From IMG/VR virus record IMGVR_UViG_3300007735_000750, positions 1 to 51,044 of that record: DNA of 51,044 nucleotides. The stretch is one strand, 5' to 3'. The position numbers and the translations under genes are program-made. Below, in pieces: positions 14,655 to 22,906 of this stretch (the first letter of the stretch is position 1; the number at the start of each line of letters is the position of its first letter). The DNA is from a virus (taxonomy: Duplodnaviria; Caudoviricetes). The notes under the pieces were generated by a model. The model saw only the letters and a list, made by a program, of their open reading frames with translations, was not told the origin of the DNA and did not search any database.

Positions 14655-15032
14655 TCACAAACGATAAAACTTGTGATTGCGAATTATCGCAACAGTCACT
14701 TCGCCCTTTGACCATTTAGGCGATACTTGGAATGTGTGATAATGATTCGCACCATTTACAACATCGGGCATTCGTTTCTCTGCTACAAGTTTGGCAAGAC
14801 GGATCGCGTTGCTTGCTTGTGGGTTCTTTAGAAGTTCCTGCTTTTTCGCTTCACTCACACCACCATTCCAGAAGCTGAATTGTTTTGGTGCAAGACAGAC
14901 TTCCGTGGCTGTTTGCTTGCGTTCAATGGCTCGTGTCTGAATAACAGAGGCAACGCCCGCCATTCCCTCAAAACCTTCGCCCCTAGCCTCACCTAGTAGC
15001 GTTAATGCTATAACAAGTATTTCGGCTGTCAT
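14655..15032 (-). CDS. SleB-like cell wall hydrolase (Hydrolase_2)
   Basis: TLLGEARGE, VASVI..R, KQFSFWN, GANHYH, PKWS, HKFY. Confidence 0.85.
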   Translation of the reverse strand: MTAEILVIALTLLGEARGEGFEGMAGVASVIQTRAIERKQTATEVCLAPKQFSFWNGGVSEAKKQELLKNPQASNAIRLAKLVAEKRMPDVVNGANHYHTFQVSPKWSKGEVTVAIIRNHKFYRL

Positions 15033-15451
15033 TAGTCTCTCCCCGCGCTAATCGCCCCGCAGTAGTCGCTAGGCTTTTCTGCTGTGATGCTTCCAAGGTT
15101 ATAGGTATCGCCAGCTTCCGCTGTGCGAAGAAAGCGTCCTTCCTTGAAGGTGTCGAACTTGTCCCGCGCTTTCCGCTTCGCAAGGTTGAGCAATCCGCCT
15201 TTCATTCCCTTTGCTTTAATCTTATTGCATAGGGCATAGAGAGCGACCTTGACCATAGCTTCTAGCACCGCTTCGGGCTGTGCATAGAAGTAAAAAGATT
15301 TACCATTACCCATATCGTGTAACTCGCCATTAGTTGCGGAGTAGTTATACATCGCATTGTGGAAGTTTTCGATCTGTGCCTTGTCGCCTTCCAAGAGGAA
15401 AGCGGTAGTGTTGCCGAAGGGTTGAGTGGTGATTGTGATTTGGTTTTTCAT
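15032..15451 (-). CDS. hypothetical protein, paralog family A
   Basis: FHNAMYNYSATNGEL...FYFYAQPE. Confidence 0.8.
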   Translation of the reverse strand: MKNQITITTQPFGNTTAFLLEGDKAQIENFHNAMYNYSATNGELHDMGNGKSFYFYAQPEAVLEAMVKVALYALCNKIKAKGMKGGLLNLAKRKARDKFDTFKEGRFLRTAEAGDTYNLGSITAEKPSDYCGAISAGRD

Positions 15452-15575
15452 ATTGTTTATAGTTTGCCTTTTGGTTTATGTTTCGTCAAGTGCTAGTTTT
15501 TAGCGGTAGCCATTGCGTAGATTCCGATTAAGAGACTGCCGATAGTAAGGGCAAAAATGATTTCGCTAGGGTTCA

Positions 15576-15731
15576 TTATTTGTTCTCCATATATTTTTGA
15601 TTGATGGCCTCGATCTTCTCGGCGTGAGCTTCGAGGGTTGCGACAGCGTGAGCCGAAGCATCCTTGAGGTCTTGGGCTGCTTTGTCGAGGTTTGCGATCA
15701 GTTGTTCGAACTTGTTTAATTTCTTCTTCAT
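15576..15731 (-). CDS. coiled-coil hypothetical protein (51 aa), first gene of the leftward block
   Basis: Promoter TTGTGC-N16-TAGATT (15765-15738) 6 nt before ATG. Confidence 0.65.
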   Translation of the reverse strand: MKKKLNKFEQLIANLDKAAQDLKDASAHAVATLEAHAEKIEAINQKYMENK

Positions 15732-15782
15732 GCTCTTAATCTATCACAGATTAGGATTAGCACAAGGGTTTTTTTGCATTTA

Positions 15783-15807
15783 AATTTCATTGATAGTCAA
15801 CGACTTA
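15783..15807. repeat. single copy of the palindrome (rightmost)
   Basis: AATTTCATTG-ATAGT-CAACGACTTA. Confidence 0.8.
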
Positions 15808-16148
15808 GGACTTTTGGGCTACCCTATCCCCTTTTATTTTGCAGATGACCACCCCATTTTTGAAAAAATCAGACGAACAGAGATTGCAAAACCGTCGAGG
15901 GGGTACTATCTTCAATCTCCATCAAATATTATACTATTTATATTACTTATTTATCTTATCTATATCTTATCTCTATATATAACCTTATTTAAATAATACA
16001 ATAAACAGCTTAATATCTATCTTATCTAACTTATACTATATACCCCTACTCCTTTTTTAGAAATCTATAAAAAATCAATAATAAGAAATATCCTTAAAGG
16101 TCAAAATTTCCAGGGGGCTATTTTTGCTAATAGGTCTTTTATATTTAC

Positions 16149-16358
16149 TTATTGTGAATATACTGACCAATAATTAGTATCTGTTGGTAAATTTCCTGCG
16201 CCCGAGCTATTTATTCTGATGTAAAAATTGCTTTCATATCGGACAATATCTCCAACATTATAAGTTGTTGAATTATTATATATACCTTTATAAACTGTAA
16301 AGATATTTAAACCTTCTACTGTTCTACCTATTAATGTATGTTGTTTTCCTACTGGCAT
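16149..16358 (-). CDS. small protein with CBM5/12-like carbohydrate-binding motif
   Basis: YNNSTTYNVGDIVRY...P.....YW; GTGTAA on - strand at 16372-16377. Confidence 0.6.
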   Translation of the reverse strand: MPVGKQHTLIGRTVEGLNIFTVYKGIYNNSTTYNVGDIVRYESNFYIRINSSGAGNLPTDTNYWSVYSQ

Positions 16359-16371
16359 AATATAAAATACA

Positions 16372-16392
16372 TTACACTCTAAAAAGGTGTAA
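16372..16392. promoter_or_regulatory. back-to-back GTGTAA late-type motifs
   Basis: TTACAC (16372-16377) and GTGTAA (16387-16392) precede divergent ATGs. Confidence 0.65.
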
Positions 16393-16401
16393 ATTTTAAA
16401 A

Positions 16402-17052
16402 ATGGCTTTTCTTAATGCAAATATACCTCCTATTGAATGTTACGTAAGAGGCAACTATCTTAGAAATCAAAAAGATTCTCATGATAAATATTTTTCAGTT
16501 TTAATATTTGGAGTAACGTCATTACCATCTCAAGTGCCACTTTTTAATTTTATTATGGAAGATGGTGGAATTTGGTGGCACGCACCAATTAGCGCATTTT
16601 GCTCAAAAGAAGGAACTCCAGAACAAGATATTCACGAATTAGAATTATGGGACAGTTTTAGTTATCATATAGCAGTAACTAAATTTTCTATATTTCAAAA
16701 TAAAAAATTAAAATTCTTATCTAGAACTGGTAAAAAACATTTTGGAACATACTTGTTCACACTTGATTGGGCTCACAGCGATTATAATGAACTTAATTTT
16801 GGATTTAGTGAAAATCCAGGTCAGCATAAGTGTGGTCATGTGCTTCAATTAGATAATGGAAATTTTGCTATACAACCAAACAATAGATTAAGATTATATG
16901 ACCCAAACTTTGTTACAAAACAAGGTCAAAATCTTATTGAACGCAAAGTCAATAGTCATATTTATAGTGTCGAAAACTGTCCTAAGTGGGTCACAGAAGA
17001 TTCTGACAATTATGAATATGGTGTAAATGAAATAAATGGAGAAACCAAATGA
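16402..17052 (+). CDS. conserved phage hypothetical protein
   Basis: FLNANIPP, LELWD, YLFTLDW, QHKCGHV, GNFAIQPNNR motifs. Confidence 0.8.
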   Translation: MAFLNANIPPIECYVRGNYLRNQKDSHDKYFSVLIFGVTSLPSQVPLFNFIMEDGGIWWHAPISAFCSKEGTPEQDIHELELWDSFSYHIAVTKFSIFQNKKLKFLSRTGKKHFGTYLFTLDWAHSDYNELNFGFSENPGQHKCGHVLQLDNGNFAIQPNNRLRLYDPNFVTKQGQNLIERKVNSHIYSVENCPKWVTEDSDNYEYGVNEINGETK

Positions 17053-17330
17053 AACAAAACCTAAAGATAACAGATAAAAATATTCTCGAAGGCGAAAAAG
17101 CTAATCCACAAAATTGTGCAATCGCCAGAGCAATCAAAAGTAAAATGAAGAAAAAAATTAGTAACGTTTCTGTATTACCATCTCAAGTAATTCTAGAAAT
17201 TGATAAAAAAATGTTTATAGCTGAAATGCCAAAGAAAGGTAAAGACTTTATCAAAAGATTTGATCATGGTTTAGCTGTAAATGCATTTGAATTAAATTTA
17301 AAATTTAAAAAAGGTTACGCTTTAGTTTAA
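17049..17330 (+). CDS. hypothetical protein
   Basis: ATGA coupling; CAIARAI motif. Confidence 0.75.
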   Translation: MKQNLKITDKNILEGEKANPQNCAIARAIKSKMKKKISNVSVLPSQVILEIDKKMFIAEMPKKGKDFIKRFDHGLAVNAFELNLKFKKGYALV

Positions 17331-17398
17331 TTTTTTAATAAAAATTAAAATTAATTAAAATTAACATAATACGGGTGTAATTAAATAGGTAAGATAGA

Positions 17399-18127
17399 AT
17401 GTTGAAAAAACATAAACAAAAAGAAGATAAGTCGGTCCCAGTTCCTCAAAGAGATAAAATTGAAGGTTTCTTAACTATTCGCGAATTACAATGGACAGAG
17501 AATCAAAAGAAATTTATTCAATTGCTTCAAGATAAAAATACTAAAATGGTATTTTGCAAAGGTCCAGCAGGAACAGCTAAAAGTTTACTTAGTGTATATG
17601 CAGCTCTAAATGCTATAAATCAGAAAAAAATTGGTGAAATATTCTATGTTAGAAATCCAGTAGAAAGCTCTACTCATAACCTTGGATTCCTTAAGGGCGA
17701 TCTTCATAGCAAGCTTGATCCATATCTTCAACCATTAATGGATAAACTTCATGAATTATTACCAAAAGGGCAAGTCGAAATGCTATTAAAGCAAGAGAGA
17801 GTTAAAGGTTTACCAGTAGGCTTTTTAAGGGGACTTAGTATTAATGCTAGTTATATTATATGTGACGAAGCTCAAAATTTAAGCGTACACGATCTTCTTC
17901 TTATCGCGACTAGAATGGGTAAATTTAGTAAACTTATATTAATTGGAGATATACGTCAATCAGATATTAAAAATAGTGGATTTGAAAAAATATATAATCT
18001 TTTTGATGATAAGAAAAGCTCTGATAAAGGGATAATGACTTTTAAATTCGGGACAGATGATATTATGAGAAATGATATATTAGCTTATATTATTGAAAAA
18101 TTTGAAGAATTAGATAATAAGAAATAA
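17399..18127 (+). CDS. phoH: PhoH-like ATPase
   Basis: GPAGTAKS, LGFLKGDL, FLRGLS, DEAQN, TRMG, GDIRQSD. Confidence 0.92.
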   Translation: MLKKHKQKEDKSVPVPQRDKIEGFLTIRELQWTENQKKFIQLLQDKNTKMVFCKGPAGTAKSLLSVYAALNAINQKKIGEIFYVRNPVESSTHNLGFLKGDLHSKLDPYLQPLMDKLHELLPKGQVEMLLKQERVKGLPVGFLRGLSINASYIICDEAQNLSVHDLLLIATRMGKFSKLILIGDIRQSDIKNSGFEKIYNLFDDKKSSDKGIMTFKFGTDDIMRNDILAYIIEKFEELDNKK

Positions 18128-18142
18128 AGTGTAATACTTAAT

Positions 18143-18430
18143 ATGTCAAAGTATTTTTTTAGAGACACAGGATTTGAAGCTGAAGCCCTCTCCGCAAGCA
18201 GAAGTGGAAATGGTGTTATTTTAAGTTCTCCAGGAAATGATAAAAATATTTATCTTCTTGGAGTTAGTTGCACGGCAAACTCTACATTTAAAATAAAAGA
18301 TGCATCTGGCGCAGTAATATTATATGTTGGAGTAGGTAATTATAATCTTCCAGCAACAGTAAATTGTGGAGGAGATGATCTTTATGTAGAAACTTCAGGA
18401 TTGGTTTCTATTATTTATCATACAAATTAA
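18143..18430 (+). CDS. hypothetical (probable virion) protein
   Basis: ORF with GTGTAA at 18129. Confidence 0.7.
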   Translation: MSKYFFRDTGFEAEALSASRSGNGVILSSPGNDKNIYLLGVSCTANSTFKIKDASGAVILYVGVGNYNLPATVNCGGDDLYVETSGLVSIIYHTN

Positions 18431-18435
18431 TCTAT

Positions 18436-20034
18436 ATGTCTAATATCTACGATCCAAATTTTAATAAAAATGTTGTTGAGGTTTATACAGAAGAACCAGG
18501 TTTTACTGGATTCAAAGGTCTAGATTGGAATAAATTAGATGATGTTGAAAATATTTTAAGACAAGGAGTAGTAATCTCTGGTCTTGATGTAAATCTTACT
18601 ACCACAAATTCAATTTTAAGTGGTATTAAAAGTGATACAAATAGTGTTGATGGTAAACTATTTATCACTGGCGATCCTTATCCTGCTGGTGTCCAAGGTA
18701 CAATTGTTTTTCAAGCAGACTTAACAGCTCAATTTGATAATGTAGATGTTAGTGGTCAAGCTGGAAACAATATTAATGAAATTAAAAATTTATTATCAAC
18801 TCAGGTTGCTAGAGATCAAGTGATTTCTGATGCTTTTGGAAGACTAAGAGTATCAGAGCCATATACTCTTGCAGATTATTCTCATGTTTATGGAGAAGAA
18901 ACAGAGCTTTTAACAAAAAAGAATGGAACAAATTCTAGTATAACTTTTGATATTAATCAAGCAAAAGCAATACTTACTGTAGGAGCTGGAGCAGGTGATT
19001 ATGTAATTCATCAAAGTAGAATGTATCATCATTATATGCCAGGAAAAAGCCAATTAACTTTTCAAAGCTTTAATTTTACAGGACATAGAAATGGCACAAA
19101 TAAAAGAGTTGGTCTTTTTGATGATTATAATGGAATATTTTTTGAGCAAAGTGGTGATGGTGCTTTAGCTATTGTTCTAAGAAGTGATGTCTCTGGATAT
19201 ATATACGATCAAAGAGTAACTCAAAATAATTGGAATATTGATAAATGTAATGGAAGTGGAATTTCTGAATTTAATTTAGATATTACAAAAACACAATTGT
19301 TTACTGCAGATTTTCAATGGTTAGGAGTAGGAAGAGTACGAGCTGGATTTGTTCATAATGGACAAGCAGTTGTTGCTCATGAATTTTATAATAGTAATTA
19401 TAAGCCATCAGTATATTGGAGCAATCCTAACCTTCCAGTTCGTTGTGAAATTTCAAATTACTCTGCAGCACTTGGTACAGACTCAATGGATCAAATTTGT
19501 TCTACAGTAATAAGCGAAGGTGGATATAAAGAAGCTGGAGTTGATTTTAGTGCAATAAGAGGATCTCCATTATCAATAGATAATACAAGCATAAAACCTT
19601 TAATAGCAATTCGCTTAAAGACTGGATATTATGGAAAACCAAATAGAAGTGTTGTTAGATTAGGTCAAGCATCTGTTTTTTCTGTAACAAAACCAGTAGC
19701 ATTTGAATTTTGGAGACTTACTGGAAATGCTAATATAGTTGGCGGTTCTTGGAATAGCGCAAATAATGAAAGCGTTGTAGAGTATAACGTTTCAGCAACA
19801 AGCGCCACAATTACTAGCGGGCTTATGATAAATGCTGGATTTATTAGCGCTGGTGGGCCAGCAGGAAATCCAATAGGTACTGCAACTAATATTGAAAATG
19901 TGACTACTGCTAAAAGAGGATATATTAGTCAAAATATTGATAGCACAGAAAGTAATATTTTTGCAATTCTTGTTTCTGGATTAGATACAACTACAAATAC
20001 ATACGGCTCACTTCAATGGCGGGAAACTAGATAA
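18436..20034 (+). CDS. virion structural protein
   Basis: DAFGRLRVSEP, YMPGKSQ, FQWLGVGRVR, NLPVRCEI, QICSTVISEGG motifs of a common phage structural family. Confidence 0.7.
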   Translation: MSNIYDPNFNKNVVEVYTEEPGFTGFKGLDWNKLDDVENILRQGVVISGLDVNLTTTNSILSGIKSDTNSVDGKLFITGDPYPAGVQGTIVFQADLTAQFDNVDVSGQAGNNINEIKNLLSTQVARDQVISDAFGRLRVSEPYTLADYSHVYGEETELLTKKNGTNSSITFDINQAKAILTVGAGAGDYVIHQSRMYHHYMPGKSQLTFQSFNFTGHRNGTNKRVGLFDDYNGIFFEQSGDGALAIVLRSDVSGYIYDQRVTQNNWNIDKCNGSGISEFNLDITKTQLFTADFQWLGVGRVRAGFVHNGQAVVAHEFYNSNYKPSVYWSNPNLPVRCEISNYSAALGTDSMDQICSTVISEGGYKEAGVDFSAIRGSPLSIDNTSIKPLIAIRLKTGYYGKPNRSVVRLGQASVFSVTKPVAFEFWRLTGNANIVGGSWNSANNESVVEYNVSATSATITSGLMINAGFISAGGPAGNPIGTATNIENVTTAKRGYISQNIDSTESNIFAILVSGLDTTTNTYGSLQWRETR

Positions 20035-20074
20035 TTTATAATATATTTTTTATTTTTAAAGTGTAATAATATTT

Positions 20075-20677
20075 ATGGCAAATATTTATGACCCAAATTT
20101 TAATAAAAATGTAGTTGAAGTCTACACAGAAGAGCCTGGATTTACAGGATTCAAGGGTTTGGATTGGAATAAATTAGATGATGTTGAAAATATTCTTAGA
20201 CAAGGCGTTGTAGTATCTGGTTCTATTGCAGATAGTGCATACATTAGTGGAATTAAATTTGATACAAATAGTATAAATAATAAATTATTTATTACTGGAG
20301 ATCCATTTCCAGCGGGAGTTCAAGGAACAATAGTATTCCAAGCAGATTTAAATCCTCAATTTGATGGAGTTATGACTTACCAAGCAGATACAGCAGGAAA
20401 TGGAAAAGTAGTATTCAATAATACATTTGTGACACTACCAAATACAGGATACATTAAAAATGTAACTTTTATTAATGCTTCAAATTCTACAATAGAAGTC
20501 AAACAAGATGATACTTTTGATTGGGGAGTACCAGTTCCAGCTAATACGACTTTAGTATTTAATGGTATCACTGGTTTACAACAACTTTCAGCTAGAAGAT
20601 TTGATCAAGCCGCGCAACCTCCATTAACAGGTTATTTTAGATGGGAAGCTTGGCGTAAGAATTCAATTCTAAATTAA
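20075..20677 (+). CDS. virion protein, N-terminal paralog of 18436..20034
   Basis: First ~46 aa nearly identical; GDP.PAGVQGTIVFQADL also shared. Confidence 0.75.
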   Translation: MANIYDPNFNKNVVEVYTEEPGFTGFKGLDWNKLDDVENILRQGVVVSGSIADSAYISGIKFDTNSINNKLFITGDPFPAGVQGTIVFQADLNPQFDGVMTYQADTAGNGKVVFNNTFVTLPNTGYIKNVTFINASNSTIEVKQDDTFDWGVPVPANTTLVFNGITGLQQLSARRFDQAAQPPLTGYFRWEAWRKNSILN

Positions 20678-20684
20678 TTATATA

Positions 20685-22004
20685 ATGAAAAAGTTAGAAA
20701 TTGACTTTAGTTCTAGTATAGCTGAAAAGAAAAAAGGCAAAGCTCCACTTAATAAACCATTTCGTCTTCCCTCTGGAAGTAAAAAGAAATTTGGCGTTTA
20801 CGTTAAGAATGATAAAGGCAATATTGTAATGGTTAAATTTGGCGATCCAAATATGGAGATTCGTCGCGATGATCCTGCAAGACGTAAAGCTTATAGATCA
20901 AGACATGGTTGTGATACAGGGCGTAAAGGTCCAAAATGGAAAGCGAATTTTTGGAGCTGTTTGATGTGGAGCAAAAACCCAGTAAGTAAAATAACTGGAT
21001 CTTGCGGAAAACCAAATTGTGGCTCTGTTCAAAATTTAGAAGACGAAGTTACGCTTGAAGTCGATGTTCAAGCCAAAGGAAAAGGTCTCTGGTATAATAT
21101 TCAACAAAAAAAGAAAAGAATGGGTAAAAACTATCGTCCAGCACCAGAAGGCTCTAAAGATCGCCCAACTCAAGAAGCTCTTAAAAAAGCGCAAGCTAGT
21201 GATTATTTAAATGAAGATTATGAATGGGATGGTGAAACAGAATTTGATCAAGCTGAACTTTTAAAAATGGACACTTCATTAGCTCAAGTTGAAGAAGTTG
21301 AAGATCCAGAAACAGAATTAGAAGAATACAAAGATGATTTTTATGGAATGATTATTGGTTCAATTAATTCAATATATCAACACGCAAAGAATGTAATGGA
21401 CAAAGTTAATGATCCAATGGTAAAAGAAAATCTTACTGAACCATTTTTACAATCAATGGCTGCACTAGCAGAAGATTATATGATTACAATTCATAATTAT
21501 GTGATGTTTAATAAAGAAGATGAAGAAACTGAAGAAATGGAAGAGATGGAAGGCGCAACAATGTTTAAAGTTGGAGATAAAGTAAAAAATGTTAATGCTC
21601 AATGCAAGCACTATGGTAGCGAAGGTATCGTCAAAGAAATTCGTGAACTTCCAGAAGATATGGGTTACGCAGTAGTTTATGAATGTACAAATGATGGTGC
21701 TACTTGGAAAAAAGGTGATATGCTAGGTAAAACAGAGATCCAATTAGAAAAAATTGAAGCAGCTTGGAGTATGAAATATAAAAAGAGCATAGATTGCAAG
21801 AATCCAAAAGGTTTCAGTCAAAAACAATATTGTCAAAATAAAGCTTCTGATTGTGGATATGAAGATGAAGAAGAATATAAAAATATGATGGTTGCGGAAG
21901 GTCAAAAATTTAATGATTTCTTAAAACAATGCATTCCCACGAAGCAAGGCGACGATAAAGCGAAGTTTAAGTCTTGTTTGCAAGATTATAAAAACAAGAA
22001 ATAA
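20685..22004 (+). CDS. multi-module protein, probable internal head protein
   Basis: LNKPFR...KKFGVYVKN...VKFGDP, KGLWYNI, FKVGDKVKN and WSMKYKKSIDCKNPKGFSQK modules with acidic linkers. Confidence 0.65.
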   Translation: MKKLEIDFSSSIAEKKKGKAPLNKPFRLPSGSKKKFGVYVKNDKGNIVMVKFGDPNMEIRRDDPARRKAYRSRHGCDTGRKGPKWKANFWSCLMWSKNPVSKITGSCGKPNCGSVQNLEDEVTLEVDVQAKGKGLWYNIQQKKKRMGKNYRPAPEGSKDRPTQEALKKAQASDYLNEDYEWDGETEFDQAELLKMDTSLAQVEEVEDPETELEEYKDDFYGMIIGSINSIYQHAKNVMDKVNDPMVKENLTEPFLQSMAALAEDYMITIHNYVMFNKEDEETEEMEEMEGATMFKVGDKVKNVNAQCKHYGSEGIVKEIRELPEDMGYAVVYECTNDGATWKKGDMLGKTEIQLEKIEAAWSMKYKKSIDCKNPKGFSQKQYCQNKASDCGYEDEEEYKNMMVAEGQKFNDFLKQCIPTKQGDDKAKFKSCLQDYKNKK

Positions 22005-22008
22005 TTTT

Positions 22009-22389
22009 ATGCCAAATGAAGGCCTAATCTTTCCAAAACTTACAGAAAGACAAAAAGATCTTTATCTTAAGGTTATTACTAATCTTCAAACTTATGGTTA
22101 TTTTGATCGCTCATCTGGTTCTAATGGTGTTCAATATATAGATTCAGCAAATAATCCATTTAAAGATCAAGGACAAGAATGTTATCATTGCGTATTTTAT
22201 TATCTTGAAGGTGATCAACCAAGATGTGAACTTATTGAAGGGCCAATCGAAGAGGAAGCATGGTGTAAATTTTGGATTATATCAGATCAAGATATTAAAA
22301 AAGAATCTCAAGCAGCTTTCAGAGTTTTAAATAGAAAGAATAAGATTTTTGAAATAAGATATAATATTGAAGATAAGAAAAAAAATTAA
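22009..22389 (+). CDS. HiPIP-like 4-Cys domain protein
   Basis: QECYHCVFY...CELIEGPIEEEAWCKFW. Confidence 0.55.
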   Translation: MPNEGLIFPKLTERQKDLYLKVITNLQTYGYFDRSSGSNGVQYIDSANNPFKDQGQECYHCVFYYLEGDQPRCELIEGPIEEEAWCKFWIISDQDIKKESQAAFRVLNRKNKIFEIRYNIEDKKKN

Positions 22390-22900
22390 AAAATGGTTTG
22401 GTAAATTTAAACTAGTTTTAGTTTTAGCTGCGGTAATATTATCTTGGTGGGTCTTTTTTAAATGGGGATTTAATTTTAAACATTATACATCTATAACAAA
22501 TATACCTAATTCTTGTTTTGTTGATTCTTTAATCTGGGCATCTAAATGTAATTTTTATTTAAAAACTCATACAGATGTTTGGAATAGTATATATTGTTTT
22601 GTTTATTATTATAGCGATGATCCAGAGCTAATAGTTGGTCATGCAGTTACAGTTTTTGAACATGCCAATAGTTTATGGATGTATGATCCAAATTGGGGTA
22701 CAATGCCAATTGCTTTAGTTGGTAATAGAGAACAGTATGAAGAACAAATTAAATTGTATATTACTAAAACTTACAATATAATAATAATAGAAGGATTTTT
22801 TGCTGATGATTGGATATATGTTCAACGTCTCAAAGAAAAAAGAATGAACGAAACTAAACCTCAAGTGTCTATACATTTAAATGAAAACAAAAAGGAGTAA
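22367..22900 (+). CDS. membrane-anchored transglutaminase/papain-like protein
   Basis: N-terminal TM; NSC...GHAVTVF...MYDPN candidate Cys-His-Asp triad. Confidence 0.5.
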   Translation: MKIRKKIKKWFGKFKLVLVLAAVILSWWVFFKWGFNFKHYTSITNIPNSCFVDSLIWASKCNFYLKTHTDVWNSIYCFVYYYSDDPELIVGHAVTVFEHANSLWMYDPNWGTMPIALVGNREQYEEQIKLYITKTYNIIIIEGFFADDWIYVQRLKEKRMNETKPQVSIHLNENKKE

Positions 22901-22906
22901 GGAAAT

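Noticed and set aside
15790-15996. 68-aa ORF at the early/late boundary
   Set aside because: TTG start inside a palindrome and low-complexity translation; likely spurious.
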